64,000 nucleotides of DNA from an uncultured Candidatus Binatia bacterium (GTDB lineage Bacteria > Desulfobacterota > Binatia > UBA9968 > CAXXLF01): assembly GCA_965218425.1 (NCBI GenBank), contig OZ244621.1, forward strand, positions 800,001-864,000, written 5' to 3'. The notes beneath the pieces are model-generated. The model was not told the DNA's origin. It saw nothing but the letters and a program-made list of their open reading frames with translations, and searched no databases. How positions within the stretch are numbered: position 1 is the first letter of the stretch; every line of letters begins with the position of its first letter. Of the stretch, positions 28,113-37,779 are shown one piece after another. Position numbers and translations under genes: made by a program.

Positions 28113-28226
28113 TTACGTGATTCCCGCAACCGATGTGCCCATACCAACGATAAAGGCAATGGCCACGATCACGAATGAAAGACCAAAATATTTCTGAAAC
28201 CTGCATCCTATTACTACGTTATACAT
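28113..28226 (-). pseudogene. 37-aa signal-peptide-like ORF, probably a truncated secreted protein
   Basis: SD GGAGGT then MYNVVIGCRFQKYFGLSFVIVAIAFIVGMGTSVAGIT-stop. Confidence 0.35.
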
Positions 28227-28250
28227 ATGGGTACCTCCGGTTGTCATTTT

Positions 28251-29012
28251 TTATCTGTGATTCCATTGGGGTTTCGCCTTGTGCAGAAAGGCCCGAACTC
28301 CCTCTTCCACATCCTTCGTTTTGAGAAGTTCATTAACGTACATTTCCTCCGATTGTTTCAATGCGTCTGTCAGACGACCCATGGAGTTTTCCCGCAGCCC
28401 CCTGAGCGCAATACGGAGCACCGCCGCGCTCTTCCCCTTGAGCTCATCCAGTAAAGAAATCATGGCTGGTTCGAGTTCCGCAGCAGGAACGACTCGATTC
28501 ACCAGACCAAAGTCATGGGCCTCTCGGGCGGAATACCTCCTGCCCGTGAGAATCGTTTCCGCTGCTCGGTGGTACCCCATCAGCGACGGAAATCTAGCCA
28601 AAGCCACAGGTGGATAACATCCCACGGTTATCTCAGGTGTGGCAAAAACACTCTCCTCCGAAGCCAAGATCATGTCACAGGAACTGGCTAACTCCCAACC
28701 TCCACCCAGACACGCCCCCTGCACTACGGCGAGGGTAACCTGCCGAATGGTGAATAGCTTACGAATGACCCCGTGAACCACTCTTAACATCTCGGGCGCT
28801 TTCTCCCGTGTATGATCCTTGATATCCACGCCCGCAGAGAAGGCGCGGTCTCCGTCCCCTTGCAAGACCAGAAAGTCCACCTTTGAGTCACCACCCACCC
28901 GCTCCAGGACTTCGCGAAGCTCCCCCATCATGGGAATATTCATGACATTCAGTGGGGGACGTTGAAGGCTGACAAAGGCCGCGCGGTCTTCGATTTGCAG
29001 TAGGATATTCAT
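28251..29012 (-). CDS. Enoyl-CoA hydratase/isomerase, resembling cyclohexa-1,5-diene-1-carbonyl-CoA hydratase (Dch/BamR)
   Basis: RPPLNV, FSAGVDIKDH, CLGGGWELA, PEI.VGCYPP, C-terminal E..Y..ELL.T.D..EG..AFL.K..P.W. Confidence 0.85.
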   Translation of the reverse strand: MNILLQIEDRAAFVSLQRPPLNVMNIPMMGELREVLERVGGDSKVDFLVLQGDGDRAFSAGVDIKDHTREKAPEMLRVVHGVIRKLFTIRQVTLAVVQGACLGGGWELASSCDMILASEESVFATPEITVGCYPPVALARFPSLMGYHRAAETILTGRRYSAREAHDFGLVNRVVPAAELEPAMISLLDELKGKSAAVLRIALRGLRENSMGRLTDALKQSEEMYVNELLKTKDVEEGVRAFLHKAKPQWNHR

Positions 29013-29340
29013 GGCGCTCGGGAGATATTTTGCGGCTTGGCAAATCCTGCAGGAGGTCCCTTATTTATTATACGAGTACCCCCGTTTTTACAAGGACTTT
29101 ACTCTACATTTCCCAACAGTCCGAGATACGGCAACGCCTGTTGGGAGCTCCGTGAAAACACATATTATTTAGTGAACTTAGCCGCTTAGCTATCCTTAAA
29201 GAGGGGATTCATCTGGCTTGAAGGTAGCCGCGGAGAGCTCTATCAGGTTTAACAAGTTCAAAGGTAGTATAATAAAATCAAGCAAGATAAATATTGCCTG
29301 TAGTAGCAAAGTGAATCTGAATGCATAAAAGGGGCAAGCG

Positions 29341-29655
29341 GTGAATACAACTCGACACCTCATAGTTATGCTGAATCTCTGTTTGAGCCTCACCGCGTTG
29401 TCACGACCCGTTGTGGCGGATGAATACGACGAAAGCCGGTCCAATCCGCTCGGGGTATACACCTACTTGCCCCATCCCGTTGGGGTTGCCACGCAACGGT
29501 TGTTCGCTCGCCCCTTCCACGCCCTCGTTAGCAGCACCAGGGGTGTCGAGTACGTCTTTGGACACTGGCCCCATCCGCCGCTCTTCGAACCGACGGAAGC
29601 CATAGACGTGGGGCTTTCACGCCGGACCTACATATCAAGAGGGGGCCGCTTCTAG
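29341..29655 (+). CDS. Secreted hypothetical protein
   Basis: Signal peptide ending VVA-DEYD; HPVG...RPFH.LVS...YVFGH segment looks protein-like. Confidence 0.55.
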   Translation: MNTTRHLIVMLNLCLSLTALSRPVVADEYDESRSNPLGVYTYLPHPVGVATQRLFARPFHALVSSTRGVEYVFGHWPHPPLFEPTEAIDVGLSRRTYISRGGRF

Positions 29656-29759
29656 GCGAAGGAGGGCGTGCTACGGTGGATTACGCTGATACACTGTGAG
29701 GGCACCATAGCCGTAAAGCCATTGGGCTCCACACCAAGAATGTTATATAAATCAACACC

Positions 29760-30362
29760 ATGGCCTACCAGCCAAAGGATGCGTACTTCAAAAAGGCAAA
29801 GAGGGAAGGATACCGTTCCCGAGCTGCCTATAAGCTCCTAGAGTTAAACCGAAGATTTCGTCTCATCAAGCCCGGCCATCGCGTGGTGGACCTCGGTGCG
29901 GCTCCAGGGGGTTGGCTACAAGTGGTCTCCAAGCTCATCGGCGACCGGGGTAGGGCGGTAGGGGTGGACCTTCAATCCATGGAACCGTTGCGAGAGAGCA
30001 ACGTTTACACTTTCCAGGGGGATATCACTTCCGAGGATACCCAAATAAAGGTCAAGGAAGTCTTGGGCGGACCCGCCGACTGTGTCCTCTCGGATCTCTC
30101 CCCCCGCCTGAGTGGAATTCACGCAACCGATCTCAGTCGCTCCCTGGAACTCGTTCAGGCGGCTTTCACCGTGGCGAAGGACCTGCTCAAAGCCAACGGG
30201 GGTTTTATAGTGAAAACCTTCGTAGGAGACGAAACGACGGCTTTTCTAATGGAGCTTAAACCCTTCTTTGCTTCCATACAACGCACCCGCGCCGAGGCCA
30301 CACGGAAGGGATCGTCTGAAATGTACCTGATCGCCAGTGGATTTCGACCGGGCCCTTTATAG
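29760..30362 (+). CDS. rlmE: 23S rRNA Um2552 methyltransferase
   Basis: AK.EGYRSRAAYKL, DLGAAPGGW, VLSD.SP, K.F.G, R..S.E.Y. Confidence 0.95.
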   Translation: MAYQPKDAYFKKAKREGYRSRAAYKLLELNRRFRLIKPGHRVVDLGAAPGGWLQVVSKLIGDRGRAVGVDLQSMEPLRESNVYTFQGDITSEDTQIKVKEVLGGPADCVLSDLSPRLSGIHATDLSRSLELVQAAFTVAKDLLKANGGFIVKTFVGDETTAFLMELKPFFASIQRTRAEATRKGSSEMYLIASGFRPGPL

Positions 30363-30392
30363 ATGAATTCGTGCCGGGACCGAAAAAAATCG

Positions 30393-32222
30393 CTATTCCA
30401 CGGTCACGCTCTTGGCCAAATTGCGGGGTTGATCCACGTCGGTACCACGCTGCACTGCGCTGTAATAGGCCATCAACTGGAGCGGAATAGTCAGAACCAC
30501 GGGGGTAAGATAATAAGAAGCCTTTGGGACAATCAGGGTTTTATAGGCCAGGGCCCTGACGGCATCCGCCCCCTCTTGGGTTAGGGCGATGACTTTACCT
30601 CCTCTGGATTCAACCTCTTTGAGATTGGTCAACGTCTTCGGAAATGAGCGGTCCTTTGGCAAAAGGACCACCACCGGCATCTCCTCTCCAATCAATGCAA
30701 TGGGCCCATGCTTCATCTCCCCCGCTGGGTAACCTTCCGCGTGGATATAGGAGATCTCTTTGAGCTTCAGCGCCCCCTCTAAGGCGATGGGGTAATTGAT
30801 CCCTCTGCCCAGATAGAGATAATCTCGGACGTCGCCCAGGCTTTGGGTCATTTTTGCGATTTCCGGCTCTAGCCTGAGAACCTCTTCCACCAAGTGGGGC
30901 AACCGCATGAGATCCGCCAAGAGCCTCTTGGACTCCGCCCGAGTTAGACACCCGTTGAGCCGCCCTAACCCAATGGCAAACAGGTATAGGGCGGTGAGCT
31001 GGCTGGTAAAGGCCTTGGTGCTTGCCACACTAATTTCGGGTCCGGCGTGGGTATAAAATACCCCGTCGGATTTTCGTGCCAGCGACGATTCCACCACGTT
31101 ACAAATGGCAACGACTTTCGCCTTTTTTGCCCGCGCCAGATCGATGGCGGCGAGTGTATCGGCAGTCTCACCGGACTGACTCACCAGCAGAAGGAGGGAG
31201 TGGGAGTCGATCATTGGAGCGCGATATCGAAACTCTGATCCGTAGTCCACTTCCGTCGGAATCCTCGCAATCTCCTCCAGCAAAAATTTCCCCACCAGAC
31301 ATGCGTGCCATGCCGTACCACAGGCAACCATATGAATCTTCTTGATTCGTGTAAGATCTCTAGATTTTAGTTTGACCTCATCCAATGAGACTTCCCCCGA
31401 CTTGAGGGAGATCCTTCCTCTGAAGGTGTCCGTAATAGCGCCGGGCTGTTCATGGATCTCCTTGAGCATGAAATGGGGAAATCCTCCCTTCTGGGCGGTC
31501 ACTGCATCCCAAGTAATTTGCTTGAATTTCCTCATGGTTTCCTTCCCGGCACCATCCCACATGCGAACTCCCTTTGCCGTCACCTCAGCAATCTCGCCGT
31601 CTTCCAGGAAAGCCACTTTCCGCGTGTGGTCAAGCAGCGCAGGGATGTCGGAAGCGACAAAAGTCTCTCCGTCCTTGTAGCCAATGACAACGGGCGTGGA
31701 ATTCTTTGCGATAATCAGCCGATGGGGATCATTTTGGTGGAGAAAGGCCAGAGCATAGGAGCCGTGTATTTTCTTAAGACTTTTGCGTACAGCCCCAAGA
31801 AAATCGGCCCCTTTATAAATCTCCTCCGCCACCAGGTGAGCCACGATTTCTGTATCGGTCTCCGAGTCAATCCGTGCTCCCTTTTTCACCAGGTAGTCCT
31901 TCAACTCCAGATAATTCTCGATAATGCCGTTGTGGACTACCACCACGCTTCCGGCACGATGGGGATGGGCGTTGGTTTCAGTGGGGCGGCCGTGTGTCGC
32001 CCATCGGGTATGGCCGATTCCGACGTTCCCTTGAAGGGGGCCCTGGCGGAGCATCCCTTCAAGATTTATGAGCTTACCTTCCGAACGGCGAATGGCCACC
32101 TGGCCCCCATTGAGCACGGCGATGCCTGCGGAGTCGTACCCCCGATACTCGAGCTTTTTCAAGCTCTCTAGTATGATGGGTGCCGCCTCACGGGCGCCGA
32201 TATATCCAACGATTCCACACAT
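30393..32222 (-). CDS. glmS: Glutamine--fructose-6-phosphate transaminase
   Basis: MCGIVG, EYRGYDSAG, GHTRWATHG, SQSGETADT, DQPRNLAKSVTVE. Confidence 0.99.
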   Translation of the reverse strand: MCGIVGYIGAREAAPIILESLKKLEYRGYDSAGIAVLNGGQVAIRRSEGKLINLEGMLRQGPLQGNVGIGHTRWATHGRPTETNAHPHRAGSVVVVHNGIIENYLELKDYLVKKGARIDSETDTEIVAHLVAEEIYKGADFLGAVRKSLKKIHGSYALAFLHQNDPHRLIIAKNSTPVVIGYKDGETFVASDIPALLDHTRKVAFLEDGEIAEVTAKGVRMWDGAGKETMRKFKQITWDAVTAQKGGFPHFMLKEIHEQPGAITDTFRGRISLKSGEVSLDEVKLKSRDLTRIKKIHMVACGTAWHACLVGKFLLEEIARIPTEVDYGSEFRYRAPMIDSHSLLLLVSQSGETADTLAAIDLARAKKAKVVAICNVVESSLARKSDGVFYTHAGPEISVASTKAFTSQLTALYLFAIGLGRLNGCLTRAESKRLLADLMRLPHLVEEVLRLEPEIAKMTQSLGDVRDYLYLGRGINYPIALEGALKLKEISYIHAEGYPAGEMKHGPIALIGEEMPVVVLLPKDRSFPKTLTNLKEVESRGGKVIALTQEGADAVRALAYKTLIVPKASYYLTPVVLTIPLQLMAYYSAVQRGTDVDQPRNLAKSVTVE

Positions 32223-32223
32223 A

Positions 32224-32332
32224 TTGTCACTCGTGATTCTTTATTCGTCTATTCGTTGCTTGTTACTCGTTATCAGTCGATACTCGACTTGACCGGCTTC
32301 GGTTACACGATTAACGAATAAACGATTAGCGC
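32224..32332. repeat. Heptamer-armed fold-back spacer (glmU-glmS)
   Basis: TCGTTAY-like units, core CGGCTTCGGTT (32294-32304), then complementary AACGAAT-like units. Confidence 0.75.
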
Positions 32333-32334
32333 GG

Positions 32335-33723
32335 TTATTTTATTTTGTGTTTTTCCCTGAACCTTTGCACCCAGCCCTTCACATGCTTCTGTGCCACCCG
32401 GCTCACAGCCAGCGCCCCGGCGGGAACATTCTGGGTAACGGTAGTTCCAGCACCCACATAGGCATCGTCCCCCACCACCACTGGCGCCACCAGCTGGGTA
32501 TGACTCCCGATTTGGACCCGATCCCCTATGGTGGTTTTGTGCTTTTCAAAACCGTCGTAATTGCATGTAATGGTCCCTGCGCCGATGTTCGTTTCCTCTC
32601 CCAACTTTGAATCTCCGATATAGGTTAGATGGCTCGCCTTGGTTCCATTTCCAATGAATGAGTTCTTCACTTCCACGAAGTTACCAACCCGCACGTTATT
32701 TCTTAGCACGGTCCCAGGGCGGAGATGGGAGAAGGGTCCAATCTCTGCTTTTTCCCCGATTTCACTGTCGGTGATAACAACGGAGAACTTTAGGTGGGAT
32801 TGCTTCCCGAAGCGGCTATCCGTGATGTAGGCATTGCCATCGATCAGGCATCTCTCGCCCACCACAGTCCGTCCCATGAGATGGGTATTGGGCCCTATTA
32901 CTGTGTCCTTTCCAATCTCGACCCCTTCATCAATATAAGTCGTTAGCGGATCCTTGAGGGTTACCCCGGACTCCATCCACCTACGGTTAATTTTTTCCTG
33001 CATGGCTCTTTCCATCATGGAGAGCTCCTCTCTGGTATTTACTCCCAACATTTCCCGTGGATCATCCACCCGTACCGTTCCCACACGTTCCCCGTTTCTA
33101 CAGGCGATCCCGACAATATGGGGCAGATAGTATTCACCCTGTCGGTTTACATTAGTCAACTCATCAAGGGCGGAATAGAGAAATTTCGGGGCGGCGACAT
33201 AGATGCCTGCATTCACTTCATGGATCTTTCTCTCAGCAGCACTTGCATCCTTGTCCTCTACTATTCCAGTTACCTCACCGTTGCTCCTCCTCAAGACCCT
33301 CCCATAACCGGAGGGATGGTCTAAACAGGCCGTCATGAGTGAAACCTTCGACCCATGATCCCGATGGTAACGAAGGAGTGTGGCTAGACTATCCTTCGTA
33401 ATGAATGGGACATCCCCGCTCAGGATCAAAAGATCACCAGGAAATCGACCCAAGGTTTCCCTGGTGCATTTAACGGCATGTCCCGTGCCAAGCTGTTCCT
33501 TCTGTGAAACCCAAATGATGTTTTCGTAGTCGCAGGCTTCCTGAACCCGCTCCGCACCATGCCCCACCACCACCACCACCTTTTTCGGATTCAAGCTCCG
33601 GCACACCCGTAGAGGGTACGAGATGAGAGGGGCACCACCCAGAGGATGCAATACCTTGGGAAGATCAGACCTCATCCGCTTACCCAGGCCAGCAGCCATC
33701 AAGATGACACCGAGTGACTCCAT
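32335..33723 (-). CDS. glmU: Bifunctional UDP-GlcNAc pyrophosphorylase/acetyltransferase
   Basis: AAG.GKRM.S.LPKVLH, QLGTGHAV, GNFVEVK, HLTYIGD, NIGAGTITCNYDG. Confidence 0.98.
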   Translation of the reverse strand: MESLGVILMAAGLGKRMRSDLPKVLHPLGGAPLISYPLRVCRSLNPKKVVVVVGHGAERVQEACDYENIIWVSQKEQLGTGHAVKCTRETLGRFPGDLLILSGDVPFITKDSLATLLRYHRDHGSKVSLMTACLDHPSGYGRVLRRSNGEVTGIVEDKDASAAERKIHEVNAGIYVAAPKFLYSALDELTNVNRQGEYYLPHIVGIACRNGERVGTVRVDDPREMLGVNTREELSMMERAMQEKINRRWMESGVTLKDPLTTYIDEGVEIGKDTVIGPNTHLMGRTVVGERCLIDGNAYITDSRFGKQSHLKFSVVITDSEIGEKAEIGPFSHLRPGTVLRNNVRVGNFVEVKNSFIGNGTKASHLTYIGDSKLGEETNIGAGTITCNYDGFEKHKTTIGDRVQIGSHTQLVAPVVVGDDAYVGAGTTVTQNVPAGALAVSRVAQKHVKGWVQRFREKHKIK

Positions 33724-33797
33724 GATCGTGAAACCAGAATACGGATTATAGCTGAAGTCCGGTAACCATCAAAGGGGCAAAGGGGTTTCAGCCCCCA

Positions 33798-34262
33798 TTA
33801 GTCAGGTCCGGGGGAGGAACTAAGGGAACTGTGACGAGACGATAGCGTTGCTTCCGCTTGTTCGAGAATGGATCGTACCTCTTCAACCAAAAGGTCGGGG
33901 GTTGGAAGCTCCCCCACGTGGAGGGCGCTCCCATTGATGATGATGGACGCGGGGCTGATGCCCAGAAAAAGGGTTCTCAGAAAAGGTCCTAAAGGGGGAC
34001 GATACTTGTGATAATCCGCAAACAGGACAGGGATGAGATAGAGGCCGTTTCGGGGGTCCACCACCTCTATTTCTACCCGATGGTCAAACTCACGTCGCAG
34101 GACCAGGTAGAGCTTCCCCACCCGATCCATGATCGATCTGATCATTGTGTAGTCGGGAATCTCTCGGGATCCAAAGGCATCGATTCCCTCAAGGGTCCCC
34201 GCACAATTGCTACAGGTTAACGTTTCGGCATTTTCTCTAACAAGGATAATTCTAGGTTTCAT
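33798..34262 (-). CDS. CstA-associated hypothetical protein with CxxC (possible thioredoxin-like fold)
   Basis: Starts 10 nt after the cstA stop; RIILVRE...CSNC.G, VEVVDPRN, P.SIIING. Confidence 0.75.
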   Translation of the reverse strand: MKPRIILVRENAETLTCSNCAGTLEGIDAFGSREIPDYTMIRSIMDRVGKLYLVLRREFDHRVEIEVVDPRNGLYLIPVLFADYHKYRPPLGPFLRTLFLGISPASIIINGSALHVGELPTPDLLVEEVRSILEQAEATLSSRHSSLSSSPGPD

Positions 34263-34271
34263 CCCCTTCCC

Positions 34272-35972
34272 TTACCCCCCAACCGGCACCTTTTCCGCCC
34301 GCCCGTTGGCTCTCAAGATCCCGACTGCCTTCACGACCATGTATAAGGCGCTGACCAGAATCAATACCCCGATTGCAAAGAGGCCCCAATTTCCTTTCAG
34401 CCCAAAATCCTTCAACGTTAAAAGCATGGCCCAGCAAGTCATAAACAGCAGTATCGCCATGGGAGTCAATGTGTATGCTACGGGCCTCTTCAGCCTGACC
34501 AGAAAGACGCTAATCACCAGAAGGGCCAGACTAGCAAGCAACTGGTTGGTCGTACCAAAGAGGGGCCAGATCACAAGACCGCCGGCACCCTTACCGTCGT
34601 ACAGCGCCAGCACTCCGGTGGTCACAACAGCGATGAGAGTGGCAATCCATCCCTTCTTCAGTGCCGCAAGGCTCATCATTTCGCCGAACTCCGCCGTTAC
34701 ATACTTCTGCAGTCTAAGACCAGTGTCCATGGTGGTGGCTGCGAAACTCACCACCACAACGGCGGCAAAGGTGGCGCCCAAGGTCCGGGAGACACCGAAC
34801 CCTTGGTATAGAAAATGGCTAATCCCATCCACGAAAGCACTGACCTTGGCTCCAAGACCAGCAGCCCCTCCCCAAGTGGCATAGTGCTCATTCCAAGCAG
34901 CCATAGAGGCAAAACCACCGGCACAGGCCAGTATCGCCACCAGGGCGAGGCTTCCTTCCCCCAAAGACCCTAAATAACCCACCGGCCGCGCGTCCGTCTC
35001 CTTATCCAGTTGTTTGGAAGTTGTCCCGGAAGACACGATTGAATGAAATCCGGATATGGCGCCGCAGGCAATGGTAATGAAGATGAAGGGAATTATCATG
35101 GGAGCCCCAGGCGGATTGACACGAACCGCAGGGGCCACCAGAGTCAAGCCTTCCGAGGTGAAGGTGCCGATGATGACTGCCAGGAAAACCACCGTCAACC
35201 CAATATAAAGCTGATGCCCGTTCAGGTAGTCCCTTGGCTGGAGGAGAACCCATACGGGCAGCAGGGTAGAGATCATACCGTAACCAAGTAATATCAAGAC
35301 CCAGGTCACCACGGGACTCCCCAGTGCCGGGACCTTCACCTCCCACCCATAGGCTGACGCCAGGATGACAAAAAGGTACATGATGGCCACAGCGGCCACA
35401 GAAGGGAGAAGAACTCCGGCGCCCTTATGTTTATAAATTAGCCATCCAATGCCGAGGGCCAATGGTATTTCCACAAAAATTGGCACCACCGACATTGGGT
35501 AGCGGATAAACAGGGCTGCAATGACCAGAGCAAAGACGGCGTTTACCATCAAGACCAAGAAGTAAATGACGATAAGAAACAACAACCTGGCCCGGTGTCC
35601 AATGAGATCGGCCGTGAGATGGCCAATGGAGCGCCCCTTATGTCTACCGGACACCCAAATGCTACCAAAATCATGGGCCCCAGAAGCAAAGATGCTACCA
35701 ACGACGACCCACAAAAAGGCCGGCACCCATCCCCAAATCATCGCTATGGCCGGTCCCACGATGGGCGCCGCGCCTGCAACGGAAACAAAATGGTGGCCCA
35801 TCAGGATATGTTTATGGGTGGGTACGTACTCGACTCCGTCCTCCAGTTCATGTGCGGGTGTTTTGAAATTGGGATCCAGACGGTAGATCTTTTCGGCCAA
35901 GAACTTCGAATAGAAACGATAGGCGAGATAGAAAAGACCTAGCCCGACAAGAACCAAAATGATGGCTGGCAT
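34272..35972 (-). CDS. cstA: Carbon starvation protein A family transporter
   Basis: TPAHELEDG.EYVPT, GHHF.S.AGAAPIVGP, LLQPRDY.N, TIACGAISGFH, WPLFGTTNQLLA. Confidence 0.96.
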   Translation of the reverse strand: MPAIILVLVGLGLFYLAYRFYSKFLAEKIYRLDPNFKTPAHELEDGVEYVPTHKHILMGHHFVSVAGAAPIVGPAIAMIWGWVPAFLWVVVGSIFASGAHDFGSIWVSGRHKGRSIGHLTADLIGHRARLLFLIVIYFLVLMVNAVFALVIAALFIRYPMSVVPIFVEIPLALGIGWLIYKHKGAGVLLPSVAAVAIMYLFVILASAYGWEVKVPALGSPVVTWVLILLGYGMISTLLPVWVLLQPRDYLNGHQLYIGLTVVFLAVIIGTFTSEGLTLVAPAVRVNPPGAPMIIPFIFITIACGAISGFHSIVSSGTTSKQLDKETDARPVGYLGSLGEGSLALVAILACAGGFASMAAWNEHYATWGGAAGLGAKVSAFVDGISHFLYQGFGVSRTLGATFAAVVVVSFAATTMDTGLRLQKYVTAEFGEMMSLAALKKGWIATLIAVVTTGVLALYDGKGAGGLVIWPLFGTTNQLLASLALLVISVFLVRLKRPVAYTLTPMAILLFMTCWAMLLTLKDFGLKGNWGLFAIGVLILVSALYMVVKAVGILRANGRAEKVPVGG

Positions 35973-36423
35973 TGAGCGTCCTCCTTAAGTCCGTTGGGAA
36001 CATCGGCTCCGCAAGATCCTCCCGAGGCGTGTTCTTCCATCACCGCATTTTTCCCTGGACTGCAAGGCCCCTCGCAAATTGTGATCTGCTGAAGAGCGTT
36101 TATCTTTCCCGATCTTTGCTATTTTCAATCGCCAACCTCGCATAGCGGTCCACAAACACCCGAGGCAGATTGCCCGTACAATGCCACTTTGCCAGGAAAA
36201 TGGCAAGAACTGCGAGTGGTCTGGTAATGGCCCAATCTTGTCTTCCCTCGTTTTACGCTCATGCTAATTTTATTGAGAATAGGCCGTGAACTCTTTTCCT
36301 GTCTCGACGGTTCCATGAGTGGGCCGCTAACAACCCGGCGCCTATTGCCTTGACAGCATCAGGCGAACTTGCTAGAAAGCGGGATTTAAGTACTGGCTTG
36401 AGGAGGCTGAAAGGGAGACCAGG

Positions 36424-36618
36424 ATGCTCGAATGGGAAGAAGGGCTGTTGAACAGCAGGGATGTCGCCAGGATCTTGGACATGAGCCCAGACACGGTGAA
36501 TGAGTTTGCACGCAAGAACATACTGCCCGCCTTTAAGCAGGGGAAGCAGTGGCGGTTTTTTAAAAAAGATGTTTTCTACTTTAACAAGAAACAGACAAGG
36601 GAGATCCAAGCTGCTTGA
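36424..36618 (+). CDS. Excisionase-like (HTH_17) DNA-binding protein
   Basis: LL...DVA.IL.MS..TV...AR...LPAFK.GKQWRF; SD GGGAG. Confidence 0.85.
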   Translation: MLEWEEGLLNSRDVARILDMSPDTVNEFARKNILPAFKQGKQWRFFKKDVFYFNKKQTREIQAA

Positions 36619-36663
36619 CCCCCGTTAAGGTGGGTATAGACGACTTGGGCTGTGGTTGGGTTC

Positions 36664-37368
36664 ATGGCTGAAACAGGGGCGCACGAAAGTAAGCTCTACT
36701 CGAATCTCGCACCGCTTTACGACAAAATCTTCGGCAAGATTTTCTACTCTCGCCTGAATTACGTCATTAACACTCTCAAGCTTCCACGGGGTGCCAAGGT
36801 GCTAGAGCTGGGCGTCGGCACGGGCACTTCCTTCCCGGCCTATCCGAGTCACTGTAATGTCATTGGAGTTGACTTGGCGCCGGACATGTTGGCCCATGCC
36901 AGAACCAAAATCCAAAACAACGGCTGGACTCACTTGAAAGTCCTGAAGATGGATGCCCTGCACTTGGATTTCCCCGACGATTCTTTCGACTATGTCATGG
37001 CCTTTCACGTGGTGACTGTGGTTCCGGATCCCATCAGGATGATGGATGAGGCCCAGCGGGTCTGCCGGCCCGGGGGAAAGATCGTCATCGTAAATCATTT
37101 CACCAGTACGTCTCCCATCCTGGGCAGTCTCACCGAGGCCTTAGACCCCGTAACCCGGCGACTCGGCTGGAGGACCGACCTCAAACTGGACCCTTTTGTC
37201 CAAACAACACAGCTCAAGATTGACAAGGTCTATAAACTCTCAAAGCTGTCTCTCTATACCGTCCTAGAGAGCTGCAACGAGAAGAACGGCGATTCACAAC
37301 CCACCATGTCCACTGGGCGAACCTCTTCCCCTTCTCAACCTTCCGCTAGATCCCAGGGACATTCCTAG
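36664..37368 (+). CDS. Class I SAM methyltransferase, phospholipid N-methyltransferase (Rhodobacter PmtA-type)-like
   Basis: Y...APLYD..FG, VLELGVGTG, GVDL..DML, MDA..L.FPD.SFD, VVPDP, RVCRPGG..VNHF, LGWRTD. Confidence 0.8.
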   Translation: MAETGAHESKLYSNLAPLYDKIFGKIFYSRLNYVINTLKLPRGAKVLELGVGTGTSFPAYPSHCNVIGVDLAPDMLAHARTKIQNNGWTHLKVLKMDALHLDFPDDSFDYVMAFHVVTVVPDPIRMMDEAQRVCRPGGKIVIVNHFTSTSPILGSLTEALDPVTRRLGWRTDLKLDPFVQTTQLKIDKVYKLSKLSLYTVLESCNEKNGDSQPTMSTGRTSSPSQPSARSQGHS

Positions 37369-37484
37369 ACTTGAGGGAACCCGCTTTCTGGAGGAGCGCC
37401 CTAACCCAGTCCCCAGAAGATTTTAAACTTTCTCTTGCGAAATTCTTCCGCCCCCAACAAGTAAATGAGCACAAACCAGCGATC

Positions 37485-37691
37485 CTATTCGGTGGTTCCC
37501 CCCGTGTCGTTTTTTTTGGTGTGATTTTCTTGCTTCGTGATCTCTTCTGAATCCTCTCCACCGACCCCTCTCTTGAAGTCCCGAATGGCCTTACCCAATC
37601 CACTACCGATTTGGGGCAACTTTCCGGGTCCAAAAATGATCAATGCAACGACTAAGATGATCAACAGCTCTTGAAATCCCAGCCCAAACAT
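37485..37691 (-). CDS. tatA: Twin-arginine translocase TatA/E subunit
   Basis: MFGLGFQELLIILVVALIIFGPGKLP..G..LGKAIRDFK; SD AAGGAGG. Confidence 0.95.
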   Translation of the reverse strand: MFGLGFQELLIILVVALIIFGPGKLPQIGSGLGKAIRDFKRGVGGEDSEEITKQENHTKKNDTGGTTE

Positions 37692-37779
37692 TGACCCTCC
37701 TTAAATGGTCAAACCTGTGGCAATGATGCCAAGCCTTGCGCCTCTGGTTAGCATAGCAAATTTACCCAGGGCTTTTAAC

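Noticed and set aside
29111..29146. TCCCAACAG...CTGTTGGGA hairpin as an attC site or ncRNA
   Set aside because: Only 36 nt and single-copy; at most an operator or small hairpin.
36424..36618. Prophage or ICE marked by an excisionase
   Set aside because: No integrase, att repeats or phage genes nearby.
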